NCBI GenBank assembly: GCA_041580775.1
Contig: JBFGDF010000004.1
Location: 1 to 58,801, forward strand
Direction: 5' to 3'
Length of the DNA stretch: 58,801 bases
Source: Gemmatimonadales bacterium
GTDB lineage: Bacteria; Gemmatimonadota; Gemmatimonadetes; Gemmatimonadales; GWC2-71-9
Position 1 is the first letter of the stretch; the number at the start of each line of letters is the position of its first letter. The translations under genes were made by a program, and so were the position numbers. Positions 28,178-37,981 of this stretch are shown piece after piece. Under the pieces are notes generated by a model. It did not search any database. It worked only from the letters and a program-made list of their open reading frames with translations, and was not told where the DNA came from.

Positions 28178-30121
28178 GTGAAGTTCCGCCTGCTGCACAC
28201 CCCGAGCTTCGACGTGGCGCCGCTCGTGCCGGCGCTTGCCACCGAGCGGGTCGAGAGCGTGACGATCGCCATGCCCGGCGAGCTGGCGCCGGCCCGCGTG
28301 CCCACCGCGCTGGTGCTCGACGCCGCGAGCCGGGGGCGGTTTCCCGAGCCGGCGCTCCATCGCTTCGTCAACGACGGGGGCGCGATCGTGGCCCTGGCGG
28401 GCCCGGACGAGCAGGACGTCCCGGACGGCCTGCCCCTGGGCGTGCTCTCCGCTTTCCTCCCGCAGCGGGCCGGCACGCGCCAACTGCTGCTCGCCCTCCG
28501 CACGGCGTACCGGGAGACACTGGCGCGCACCGAAGCCGCCCGCGCCCGGCAGGAGGCGGCGAGCCGCACGCACGAGCTCGACGAGCTGACGCGGCTGGGG
28601 ATGGCCCTGTCCACCGAACGCGACCTGGACACGCTGCTCGACCTGATCCTCTCGCAGGCGCGCGAGATGACCGACGCGGATGCCGGCAGCCTCTACCTGG
28701 TCGAGCAGGAGGAGGACGGCCCGCGGCGGCTGCGGTTCAAGCTGACCCAGAACTTCTCGCGCCCCGAGATCCCGTTCGTCGAGTTCACGATCCCGCTCGA
28801 CCCCTCCAGCATCGCTGGCTACGTGGCCACCACCGCCGCCCCGCTCGTGCTGGACGACGCCTACCAGCTGCCCGACGACGTGGCGTACTCGATCAACCGT
28901 TCGTTCGACGAGAAGTACGGCTACCGCACGAAGTCCATGCTCACGATCCCGATGAGCGACCACAAAGACCAGGTGATCGGCGTGCTGCAGCTCATCAACC
29001 GGAAGACGAGCTTCGGGCAGCGGCTCACCACTCCGGCCGACTTCGACACCGGCATCGTGCCCTTCAGCCCGCGCACCGTCGAGCTCGTTTCGGCGCTGGC
29101 CGGCCAGGCGGCGGTGTCGATCGAGAACAGCCAGCTGTACGCCAGCATCGAACGGCTGTTCGAGGGGTTCGTCCGGGCCTCGGTCACCGCTATCGAGCAG
29201 CGTGACCCCACCACGTTCGGCCACTCGGGACGCGTGGCGACGATGACCGTAGGGCTCGCCGAGACGGTGGACCGGGCCGGCGACGGGTCGTACCGCCACG
29301 TCGCGTTTTCGCGCGAAGAGCTGCGCGAGATCCGCTACGCCGGCCTGCTGCACGATTTCGGGAAGGTCGGCGTGCGGGAGCAGGTGTTGGTGAAGGCCAA
29401 GAAGCTCTACGCCCCCGACCTCGCGCTGCTCCGGATGCGCTACGGGTTCATCCGCCGCACGATCGAGCGCGACTTCGAGCGGCGCCGCGCCGATCACCTC
29501 GAGCGTCACGGTCGGACGGATTACGCACGCGTGCTCACCGGACTCCGCGCGGAGCAGGACACGCAGCTCGCCGAGCTCGACCGCTTCCTCGAACTCGTGC
29601 TCCAGTCGAATGAGCCCACCCTGCTTCCGGAGGGGAACTTCGAGGCGCTGCTGCGCTACGCCAACATCGCGTACGACGACGTGGACGGCGTGCGCCGGCC
29701 GTTTCTCACGGACGACGAGGTGCGGTACCTCTCGATTCGCAAAGGGAGCCTGGACGAGCAGGAGCGGCTCGAGATCGAGAGCCACGTCTCGCACACGTAC
29801 CGCTTCCTGCTGCAGATCCCGTGGACCAAAGAGCTACAGTACGTGCCATACATCGCCTACGGCCATCACGAGAAGCTGAACGGCACGGGCTACCCACGGA
29901 AAGCCACGGGCGACGAGATTCCGATTCAGACACGGATGATGACCATCGCCGACATCTTCGACGCGCTCACCGCGTCGGACCGGCCCTACAAGCGCGCGGT
30001 GCCTGTCCCGCGCGCGCTCGACATCATGGCTGAGGAGGTGAAGGACGGGATGCTGGATGCCGAGCTATTCCGGCTGTTCACTGCGGCGAAGGTGTTCGCG
30101 CGTCAGGACGAAGAGGCCTGA
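28178..30121 (+). CDS. GAF + HD-GYP cyclic-dinucleotide phosphodiesterase
   Basis: GAF (SIAGYVA, YRTKSML, GVLQLIN); HDFGK, HHEKLNGTGYP, DIFDALT..RPYK. Confidence 0.92.
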   Translation: MKFRLLHTPSFDVAPLVPALATERVESVTIAMPGELAPARVPTALVLDAASRGRFPEPALHRFVNDGGAIVALAGPDEQDVPDGLPLGVLSAFLPQRAGTRQLLLALRTAYRETLARTEAARARQEAASRTHELDELTRLGMALSTERDLDTLLDLILSQAREMTDADAGSLYLVEQEEDGPRRLRFKLTQNFSRPEIPFVEFTIPLDPSSIAGYVATTAAPLVLDDAYQLPDDVAYSINRSFDEKYGYRTKSMLTIPMSDHKDQVIGVLQLINRKTSFGQRLTTPADFDTGIVPFSPRTVELVSALAGQAAVSIENSQLYASIERLFEGFVRASVTAIEQRDPTTFGHSGRVATMTVGLAETVDRAGDGSYRHVAFSREELREIRYAGLLHDFGKVGVREQVLVKAKKLYAPDLALLRMRYGFIRRTIERDFERRRADHLERHGRTDYARVLTGLRAEQDTQLAELDRFLELVLQSNEPTLLPEGNFEALLRYANIAYDDVDGVRRPFLTDDEVRYLSIRKGSLDEQERLEIESHVSHTYRFLLQIPWTKELQYVPYIAYGHHEKLNGTGYPRKATGDEIPIQTRMMTIADIFDALTASDRPYKRAVPVPRALDIMAEEVKDGMLDAELFRLFTAAKVFARQDEEA

Positions 30122-33100
30122 GGTCGCGCGGGGGCCGTCCCCCATCCCCCGCCCCCCGGCGTCGCAATCCGGAGCACATCCCCCTTCCCCATGCGGAACG
30201 CCGCACGGCCGCCCACCGGGGCGCCGTTCAGCGTGTTCCGTCCCGGCGCCCCCGCGGCCCCTCCGTCGGCTCCCTGCGGGACATGCCGCCGCCGCTCCCC
30301 GATCAGGCTCACTTCCATCGGGGCCAGCGCTTCGTAGGCCCGGATCACCCCGTCGCCGCCGCGGTGGCGTCCCGCCCCGCCGGAGTGGTCGCGGAGGGCG
30401 TATTCCCCGATGCGCATCGGATGGTCCAACTCGAACGCTTCGATGGGGGTATTGCGCGTATTCGACATGCCGACGTGCACGCCCGACGGGCCGTCGGCCC
30501 GCGCCGAGGCCCCTTGCCCGCCGCCCAACGTCTCGTAGTACGTCCATCCGTCGCCGCCGAACACGACGTTGTTCATCGTGCCCTGACCCTGGGCCGGCAC
30601 GCCGGGCACGCCGGCCAGCGCGCGAAACAGCAGATCCGCGATGCGCTGCGACGTTTCGACGTTGCCGGCCGCGACCGCCGATGGCGCCTGCGCGTGGACG
30701 AGGCAGCCGGCCGGCGCCTCGACGGTGACCGCGCGCTGCACGCCCGCGTTGGTTGGCACGTCATCGGGCAGCAGACAGCGCACCACGAACAGCGCCGCCG
30801 AGCGCGTGACCGCGATGGGGCAGTTGACGTTCCCGGGCACGGCCGGCGAGGTGCCCGCGAAATTGCAGCGCAGGCGGCCGGCGTGGGCGGTGACCGTCAC
30901 CCGCAGCTCGACATCGTCGTCGCCCACGCCATCGCCCTCCAGATAGTCGGTCGCCGCGTAGCGGCCGTCCGGCACCGTCGCCGCGAGGGCGGCGACGGTG
31001 CGCCGCTCGGCGTAGTCGAGCAGGTCGCGCGCGGCACCGCGCACGTACGCCGCTCCCCATCGCGCCACCAGCGCGCGGTACCGCTCGGCCCCGCGCTCGC
31101 AGGCCGCGAGCTGGGCCGCGAGATCCCCGCGCCGCATGTCGGGCGTGCGCACGTTGGCGAGCACGAACCGCTCGACGGCGGCATCCACCACCCCGTCGCG
31201 CGCCCACCGGACGGGCGGGATGACGAGCCCCTCCTCGTAGATCGTGCGCGAGTCGGGCGGCATGCTGCCGGGCCGCGCGCCGCCGACGTCCGAGTGATGC
31301 GCGCGGACCACCGTGTAGCCCGCCACCGCGCCGTCGCGCGCGATCGCGTGCACGAGCGTGATGTCGGGCAGATGGGTGCCGCCAGTGAAGGGATCGTTCA
31401 GGATGAACGTGTCGCCGGGCGCCGGGGCGAGCGCGCGCACCGCGGCCACCGCCTCGGGCATGGCCCCGAGGTGGACGGGGATGTGGGCCGCTTGCGCCAC
31501 CATGCGGCCGTCGGCGTCGAACAGCGCCGCCGACGAGTCGCGCCGCTCGCGGATGTTGGGCGACAGCGCGCTCGCCACGAGCAGGGCCCCCATCTCCTCC
31601 GCCACGCCCGCGAAGGCATGCGCCATGACTTCGAGCCCGATGGGATCCAGCATGGCGGATGGGCGGTCGGGCAGTTCGGCCGCGCGGTCGGGCGGCTCGG
31701 CGGATCGGTCCAGTTGCAGCGCTCCGCTCGGGTGGACCGTGCCGGCCCAACCCGCTTCCACGCGAATCGTCGCGTCCTCGAGCGGCAGCGTCGCTGGGCC
31801 GATCACCCGGCGGCCCGCCTCGAGCGGCGACCGCCCCACCCAACGGCCCAACCGCCCATCCGCCGGTCCGCCCAGCCCCACCACCCGCACGTTCACCACT
31901 TCCACCGGCCGCGCGGGGTCGGCGTGCCCGAACCGCTCCCGATGGGCCGCATGGAACGCGGCGGCGACCGCGTCCGGCCCGGCGTCGGCGGGGACGGTCA
32001 CTTCGTAGCCCTGCCCGGGGTAGCGACAGTCAGCGAACCGCGCGACCGTCGCGTCGCGCAGCGCGGCGCGCACGACCGTTTCCACGGGGCGGAACGCGGC
32101 GGCCCACGTCTCCGGCGTGAACCCGTCGGCGCGCCGGTGCACCGCGTGCACGTGTTCGACCTTGGGGCGCGCGAGCGCGAGCCCCAGCGCCGACAGCACG
32201 CCGGGATGCGGCGGGATCAGGATGCGTCGCATGCCGAGGCTCTCGGCCAGGCGACAGCCGAACAGCGGACCAGCGCCGCCGAACGGCACCAACGTCATCG
32301 AGCGCGGATCGAGCCCCCGCTCGACGCTCACCCGGCGCAGCGCGCGCACCATGGTGGCCGTCGCGATCTCGACGATGCCCGCGGCACAGCGCGGGGGGTC
32401 GAGGCCCGCGCGCGCGGCCACCGCCGCGACCGCGCGCGCGGCCGCCGCGGGGTCGAGGCGCAGGTCGGCCGCGAGCGGCGTCGCGGCGTCGAGCCACCCG
32501 AGCACGAGCGCCGCGTCGGTCACCGTGGCCTCGGTGCCGCCCCGACCATAGCACGCCGGTCCCGGCACCGCCCCGGCGCTACGCGGACCCACGCGGAGCG
32601 CGCCCCCGGCATCCACCCAGGCGATGCTCCCGCCCCCGGCCCCCACCGTCTCGATCAGCACATGCGGCAGCGCGATCGGCACGCCGCCCACCTCCCCGCC
32701 GACGTGCTGGAGGGCCTCGCCCTCGAGCACCACGCTCGCGTCGGCGCTCGTCCCACCCATGTCGAGGGTCAGCAGGTTCCGCTCCCCCAGGGCGGCCGCC
32801 ACGAGCCGGGCCCCCTCCACCCCGCCCGCCGGTCCGGAGAGCGCGAGCGCCGTGCCCCGGCGACAGGCCTGGTCGGGGGCGAGCGTCCCGCCGTTGGACG
32901 CCATGACCCGGAGTTCGCCGGTGTCTCGCCGCTCCGCTTCCGCCCCTAACCGCGCCACGTAGCTCGCCACCACCGGCCGGAGGAACGCCTCCGCCGCCGT
33001 CGTCCCGAACCGCTCGTATTCGCGGAACACCGGCAGCAGCTCGCTGCTGGCCACCACCGCGACATCGGGCAGCGCCGCCCGCAGCGCGGTCGCGAGCCGC

Positions 33101-33588
33101 CGTTCGTGCGCGTCGTCGCGGAAGCTGAAAAGGAGCGCGATGGCGACGGCGTCCGGCGCCCGCGCGCGCACCGCGGCGACCACGCGGTCCGCCTCGGCGT
33201 CGGTGAGCGGCTGCACGACGCCGGCCGCGCCCAGGCGCTCCGCCACGCCGATCACGTCCGCGCGGGCAACGACCGGCGGCGGATGAGCACGGCTCAGGTC
33301 GTACAGACTCGCCCGGTCCTGTCGGCGCAGCCACAGCAGGTCCTCGAATCCGGCGGTGGTGACGAACGCGACGCGGCCGCCGCGCCGTTCGAGCAGCGCG
33401 TTGGTGGCAACCGTGGTGCCGTGGAGGAGCGTGCCGATCCCGTCGCCGTCCAGGGCGTCCACCGCGGCCCAGAGCCCGCGGGTGGGATCGTCGGGGGTGG
33501 AGGCGACCTTCACGACGCGGAGCCCGTCCCCGTCCAGCGCGACGAGGTCGGTGAACGTGCCGCCGACGTCCACGCCGAGCCACGTCAC
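30103..33588 (-). CDS. Fused hydantoinase A + B / 5-oxoprolinase-family enzyme
   Basis: A part: DVGGTFTD, HGTTVATN, SGPAGG, DMGGTS, GPRSAGA; B part from ATG 31653: NIRERRD, HIPVH, NDPF.GGTHLPD, HHSDVGG, NTRNTP.E, TPGGGG. Confidence 0.9.
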   Translation of the reverse strand: MTWLGVDVGGTFTDLVALDGDGLRVVKVASTPDDPTRGLWAAVDALDGDGIGTLLHGTTVATNALLERRGGRVAFVTTAGFEDLLWLRRQDRASLYDLSRAHPPPVVARADVIGVAERLGAAGVVQPLTDAEADRVVAAVRARAPDAVAIALLFSFRDDAHERRLATALRAALPDVAVVASSELLPVFREYERFGTTAAEAFLRPVVASYVARLGAEAERRDTGELRVMASNGGTLAPDQACRRGTALALSGPAGGVEGARLVAAALGERNLLTLDMGGTSADASVVLEGEALQHVGGEVGGVPIALPHVLIETVGAGGGSIAWVDAGGALRVGPRSAGAVPGPACYGRGGTEATVTDAALVLGWLDAATPLAADLRLDPAAAARAVAAVAARAGLDPPRCAAGIVEIATATMVRALRRVSVERGLDPRSMTLVPFGGAGPLFGCRLAESLGMRRILIPPHPGVLSALGLALARPKVEHVHAVHRRADGFTPETWAAAFRPVETVVRAALRDATVARFADCRYPGQGYEVTVPADAGPDAVAAAFHAAHRERFGHADPARPVEVVNVRVVGLGGPADGRLGRWVGRSPLEAGRRVIGPATLPLEDATIRVEAGWAGTVHPSGALQLDRSAEPPDRAAELPDRPSAMLDPIGLEVMAHAFAGVAEEMGALLVASALSPNIRERRDSSAALFDADGRMVAQAAHIPVHLGAMPEAVAAVRALAPAPGDTFILNDPFTGGTHLPDITLVHAIARDGAVAGYTVVRAHHSDVGGARPGSMPPDSRTIYEEGLVIPPVRWARDGVVDAAVERFVLANVRTPDMRRGDLAAQLAACERGAERYRALVARWGAAYVRGAARDLLDYAERRTVAALAATVPDGRYAATDYLEGDGVGDDDVELRVTVTAHAGRLRCNFAGTSPAVPGNVNCPIAVTRSAALFVVRCLLPDDVPTNAGVQRAVTVEAPAGCLVHAQAPSAVAAGNVETSQRIADLLFRALAGVPGVPAQGQGTMNNVVFGGDGWTYYETLGGGQGASARADGPSGVHVGMSNTRNTPIEAFELDHPMRIGEYALRDHSGGAGRHRGGDGVIRAYEALAPMEVSLIGERRRHVPQGADGGAAGAPGRNTLNGAPVGGRAAFRMGKGDVLRIATPGGGGWGTAPARPQASSS
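31654..31864. repeat. Inverted pair of octamer-repeat (CCGCCCRW) tracts inside the oxoprolinase gene; a related copy lies at 24119-24145
   Basis: 31654-31672 and 31846-31864 are reverse complements at 18/19 nt; 31836-31862 matches 24119-24145 at 24/27 nt. Confidence 0.65.
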
Positions 33589-35123
33589 GGTTTGCGCACG
33601 AGCATCCCGCCGACCAGAGCCGCCGTGGCGACGAGGCTCAACAGCCCCACCCAGTCGCCGACACGCGTGTAGAGCGTGCGCGTGTCGGTCACCTCGAGCG
33701 TGCCAAGCGTGACCGTGCGCTCGCCCAACCGCGTGCGGCCGGACACCCGGCCAACCGGATCCACAAAGCCCGAGATGCCGGTGTTCGCCGCCCGCGCGAC
33801 GCCGACGCGGTTCTCGATCGCGCGCATCACGAGATGGGCGAGGTGCTGGCGCGGGGCGCTCGTCTCGCCGAACCATGCATCATTCGTGATGTTGACGACG
33901 AAGTCCGCGCCGCGCGCGCGATAGCGGCGGGCGAGGTCCTCGAACGCGGATTCGTAGCAGATCACCGCGCCGAATCGTCCGAGCCCCACGTCGTACACCG
34001 CGCCCGGCTCCCCCACGGCGAACCCGCCGAAGAAGCGCAGATCGAACCAGCGCGGGTTCACGAACGGGACCCGCTCGGTGATCGGCACCAGGTAGCGCTT
34101 ATGGTAGACCGGATACGCCGCCCGCGAACCGGTGGAATCGAACAGGAACGCGGCGTTCCAGTAGTCGTAGTCTTCCCGGGTCGGCCCCGTCGGCTGCCAG
34201 TCGAGCCCGCCCACGAACAGGGGCGTGCGGCGGGCCCGCGCGACGGCGCCGATCTCGCGTTCCCACGGCGGGTAGGGGAAGTACTGCGGGATCGACGCCT
34301 CCGGCCACAGCACCAGATCCGGCTCGCCGCGCGCAAACGCCGTGTCGGTGAGTGCCAGCAGGCCCTCGAAGATGCCGCGACGCAGGTCCGGATCCCATTT
34401 CTCCTGGAAGCCGATGTTCGGCTGCACGAGGGCGACCGTGCCGGCGGGCCGCACCAGGATCGTCCGCTCCCGCCAGAGGCCGTAGCCGAGGGCGGCGAGC
34501 ACGCCGACGCCCACCGCGGCCAGCCGGAGCGGGGCCCGGGGCCGCGCGCGCTCAAGCCACGCCGTGGCCAGCACCGCGTTCGCGAGCACCAGCAGGAAGG
34601 TCACACCCCGCGCGCCCACGACGTCGGCGATCTGCACGACGGTGGGGTAGCCGGTGAGCGACGTCCCGAGCCCGAGCCACGGGAAGCGGATGTCGCCCTG
34701 ATGGCCCACCCACCACTCGAGCGCCGTCCACAGGAACGGGAGCACCACCACGAGCGACAGTCCCGTCCGTCGCACGATCTGGCCCGTCACCGCGAACAGG
34801 ATGGCGTGGTACAGCGCCAGGATCAGGATCGTGGCGGCGTAGCCCAGGCCGGAGAGCGGCGTGAAATGCCACAGCGCGATGACCATCCAGTACAGCACGA
34901 GCCCCTGCGACAGCAGCCCGTACCAGAAGCCCTGCGCGAGCTGGCGCCGGATGGGGCGCGGGTCCGTCTGCCCCGCCGTGAGCAGCCAAACAACCGGGAC
35001 GACGCAGACGAAGGACGGGAAGAAGAGATGGAACGGCGGGTAGGCCAGCACGAGCAGGACGGCGCCGGCCGCGACGAGCGCCCAGTCGCGTCGCGGAAGC
35101 GAGAGCCCCGCGAGCAGCTTCAC
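33585..35123 (-). CDS. lnt: Apolipoprotein N-acyltransferase
   Basis: TM N-terminus, FPW..LG, VQPNI, WPE, YHK..LVP..E, ICYES, NITNDAWF, RAIENR. Confidence 0.95.
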   Translation of the reverse strand: MKLLAGLSLPRRDWALVAAGAVLLVLAYPPFHLFFPSFVCVVPVVWLLTAGQTDPRPIRRQLAQGFWYGLLSQGLVLYWMVIALWHFTPLSGLGYAATILILALYHAILFAVTGQIVRRTGLSLVVVLPFLWTALEWWVGHQGDIRFPWLGLGTSLTGYPTVVQIADVVGARGVTFLLVLANAVLATAWLERARPRAPLRLAAVGVGVLAALGYGLWRERTILVRPAGTVALVQPNIGFQEKWDPDLRRGIFEGLLALTDTAFARGEPDLVLWPEASIPQYFPYPPWEREIGAVARARRTPLFVGGLDWQPTGPTREDYDYWNAAFLFDSTGSRAAYPVYHKRYLVPITERVPFVNPRWFDLRFFGGFAVGEPGAVYDVGLGRFGAVICYESAFEDLARRYRARGADFVVNITNDAWFGETSAPRQHLAHLVMRAIENRVGVARAANTGISGFVDPVGRVSGRTRLGERTVTLGTLEVTDTRTLYTRVGDWVGLLSLVATAALVGGMLVRKP

Positions 35124-36127
35124 ACGGGGACCGCGCGTCCCTCCCGCGCGGACCGGTAGATCGCGTCCATGGTCCGGTGCAGGAGCAGCTGGTCGTCGAG
35201 CGACGGCGTCTCGACCTCGTTGCGCGCGGCGGCGAGGAACGTCGCCCACTCGGCGCGATACGACGCCGACACCGGATTCTCGCGGCCGGCGGCGCCGGTG
35301 GGGGTCACGTTCATCGGCGTGCCGTGCAGCTCCTTGAACACGATCAGCGGCGGGACGCGCGCGGAGCCCCGTTCGCCCAGCACATCCAGCCAGATCCGCT
35401 CGTGGTCGCCCACGTAGCGCCACGCCACGTCCACGAAGATCGAGTAACCGTGCTCGCACAGCACCAGCGCGCAGCCGGCATCTTCCACGCCGTCCGCCGA
35501 TCGGTGGAGAGACGCCGTGGCCTCCACCGGCACCGCACCCTCCGCAAGCCAGAACCCGAGATCCACCAAGGGCAACCCCAGATCCAGCAGCGCGCCGCCC
35601 CCGGCCTCGGCCTGCCGCAGGCGCCAGCCCAGCTCCGCGCGCGAGGGCCGGAACTGATACCAGCCGGCGCGGACGCCCCGCAGGGTCCCCAATTCGTCAC
35701 CGTGGACGAACGCCCGCACCGCCTGGACGTCCGGCCGGTAGCGCTGGTTCATTCCGACGGCCACCGGCCGGCCGGCCCGCTGCTGCGCGGCGATGACCCG
35801 CTCGACGCCCTTCGCCGAGAGCGCCAGCGGCCGTTCGCACAGCACGGCCGCCCCGGCCGACAGCGCGGTCAGCGTGTGGATCTCGTGCAGGTGATTGGGC
35901 GTCGAGATGACGACGGCGTCGGGCCGCGCCAGGGTGAGCAGGTCTTCGATGTCCTCGTAGATGTCCGCCACGCCGAACCGCGTCGCCAGCGCCCGGGCCT
36001 TGCCGGGATCGCTGTCGCAGATCCCGACGAGGCTGACGTCATCGCGCGACGCCAGGGCCGGCAGGTGCGCGATCTGCGCCACCGCACCGACCCCGATCAC
36101 GCCGACCCGCACGACGCCGGGTGTCAT
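35120..36127 (-). CDS. Gfo/Idh/MocA oxidoreductase
   Basis: GVIGVG, STPNHLH, LCERP (variant of CEKP), GGGALLDLG. Confidence 0.88.
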   Translation of the reverse strand: MTPGVVRVGVIGVGAVAQIAHLPALASRDDVSLVGICDSDPGKARALATRFGVADIYEDIEDLLTLARPDAVVISTPNHLHEIHTLTALSAGAAVLCERPLALSAKGVERVIAAQQRAGRPVAVGMNQRYRPDVQAVRAFVHGDELGTLRGVRAGWYQFRPSRAELGWRLRQAEAGGGALLDLGLPLVDLGFWLAEGAVPVEATASLHRSADGVEDAGCALVLCEHGYSIFVDVAWRYVGDHERIWLDVLGERGSARVPPLIVFKELHGTPMNVTPTGAAGRENPVSASYRAEWATFLAAARNEVETPSLDDQLLLHRTMDAIYRSAREGRAVPV

Positions 36128-36771
36128 GGCGTCCCCCGGCGCGGGAGCCGGTACATGAAGCCGCCCCGCAGCGCCACCGCGCGGAGCCCGCTCGCCAGGA
36201 TTCCGCGCACTTCGGTGGTGAACCGCACCGCGGGCGCGAGCTCGACCTCGAACCCGGCCGACCCGTTGAGCGCGGCGACCACCGCTTCGAGGCCGTCCTC
36301 GACGATCGTGCCGGTGATCGCGGCGCCGTCGGCGTTGCGCAGGTGCACCCCCAAACCGAGCCCCACGTACGGCACGACCGGACCGGTAGCGAGCAGATAC
36401 TGGAGGTCGAGATCGACGGTCAGGGTCGTGAGCGTGATGGGGCCGACGGCGATGGCGAAGTCGTTGGTGGGATCGGAGACCACGTCGCGCAGCCGGGCCT
36501 CGAGCTCGGCGATCTCGTCGGCCGCGTACTCGGCCCGCAGGTACGAGAGGCTGAGCAGCGGGCGCACACGCGGTGCGAGGAACCCCGCGTCGACCCGGAG
36601 CGCGCCGGAGATGTCCCGCTCGAGCCGGTCGCTCCAGGCGACTCCGACGTCCACGCCGATCCCGGCCAGCCGCAGCCCCTCGTAGCTGAATTGGTCGAGC
36701 AGGCCCTGCGCGGCCGCCGGCGCGGGGGCCACGAGGAGCAGGAGCAGCGCGAGTCTAGTACCAGCGCGCAA
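36124..36771 (-). CDS. Outer-membrane beta-barrel-like protein
   Basis: Signal peptide AAAQ; amphipathic strands, PYVGLGLG, C-terminal GGFMY. Confidence 0.65.
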   Translation of the reverse strand: MRAGTRLALLLLLVAPAPAAAQGLLDQFSYEGLRLAGIGVDVGVAWSDRLERDISGALRVDAGFLAPRVRPLLSLSYLRAEYAADEIAELEARLRDVVSDPTNDFAIAVGPITLTTLTVDLDLQYLLATGPVVPYVGLGLGVHLRNADGAAITGTIVEDGLEAVVAALNGSAGFEVELAPAVRFTTEVRGILASGLRAVALRGGFMYRLPRRGTP

Positions 36772-37981
36772 GCGTCGTCCCCGGGAAATAGGTCTCCAGA
36801 ATGGTGCGTACGTCCTGACCGGTCCGGGCGCGTCCCACCGCCCCCCACTGACACATCCCCACGCCGTGGCCCCAGCCCTGCCCGCGCGCCACCAACGCCC
36901 CGAGGCGGTCCCCGACGACGCGGGGCTCGAGCACGACGGCGGCGCTGCCGAGCGGCCGCCCCTCGGGTGTCTCGAACACCGTGCGCACCGCGTGCGCCGG
37001 CACCGGAATCTCGCCATCGGCCACGCGCACCCGCACGTCGGTCGCGCGCCCCGACGGGCCGCGGCGTCGCACATACACGTCGCGCAGGTCACGCACCACG
37101 TCGCCCTCGATCCCCAGCGTCGCCGGCAACGTCCGGCGTAATATAGCCCGCAGCGAGTCGCCCTCCCACTCGACCGTCCAGCGGTACCGCGGCGAGAGAT
37201 CGCAGTAGTGACCGCCGCCCGGCCGCGCGTCGGAGACCGAGCGCAGATACGGCGTCCCGCGGACCGACACGAACGCCTCCTCCGGGCTCGCGGTGGCGCC
37301 GCCGCAGGTGGAGTGGTAGAAGGGCGTGATCGGCGCGCCGTGTACCGTCAGCACCAGACCAACGGTGGCGCGCACCGCCGCCAGTCCCGCGTCGGTCTCG
37401 CTCTCCACCCCACCGTACACCTGGTCGCTGACCCCGGCCCGCAGGTCGAAGCCCTCCGCGCCAAACCGGCCGCGATTGACCAACGCGTACGTACGCGACA
37501 CGACCGCCTGGGCCTCGAGCGCGGCCCGGTCCTCGGGCCCGCGCCGCCCCATCTCCGCGTTCACGACACCCGCGAGGTAGCGCTCGAGTCCCACGACGTT
37601 CACCACCGTGAGGGCGCCACCCCGGACGAACACCTCCACGGCCCCCCGGTAGGTCCGCCCGTTGACCGCGACGTGGCGCTCCGGCGCCGTACTCGCGAAC
37701 GCGAGGCGCTCGTAGCGACCCCCACCCGCCGCGTCGAGCCGGAACGCGGCGCCCTCGACCCGGAGCACAGCCTCGGTGCCGGCCGGCACGCGCGCCACCG
37801 GCGTCCCGTCCAGCGCCGCGATGGCGCCCCCCGCCGCGCCGATCCGCACGTCGGCGGCACCCGTCAGGAGCCCGATCCGCAGCACCGGCTCCTCGCGCGG
37901 CGGCGGCGGCAGGCCACTCGGCCGGGCGCAGGCCGCCGCCGCGACGCTAGCGGCGAGCAGCGTCGTCCAGCGCAACCGCAC
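36755..37981 (-). CDS. SpoIID/LytB-domain lytic transglycosylase lipoprotein
   Basis: AAAC lipobox; YLAGVV.AEM, AQAVVSRTYA, DQVYGG, HSTCGG, GWGHGVGMCQWGA. Confidence 0.92.
   Translation of the reverse strand: MRLRWTTLLAASVAAAACARPSGLPPPPREEPVLRIGLLTGAADVRIGAAGGAIAALDGTPVARVPAGTEAVLRVEGAAFRLDAAGGGRYERLAFASTAPERHVAVNGRTYRGAVEVFVRGGALTVVNVVGLERYLAGVVNAEMGRRGPEDRAALEAQAVVSRTYALVNRGRFGAEGFDLRAGVSDQVYGGVESETDAGLAAVRATVGLVLTVHGAPITPFYHSTCGGATASPEEAFVSVRGTPYLRSVSDARPGGGHYCDLSPRYRWTVEWEGDSLRAILRRTLPATLGIEGDVVRDLRDVYVRRRGPSGRATDVRVRVADGEIPVPAHAVRTVFETPEGRPLGSAAVVLEPRVVGDRLGALVARGQGWGHGVGMCQWGAVGRARTGQDVRTILETYFPGTTLARWY

Noticed and set aside
27957-28181. 74-aa ORF between the CsgG-like and HD-GYP genes
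   Set aside because: No recognisable motif and Arg/Pro-rich composition; more likely intergenic.
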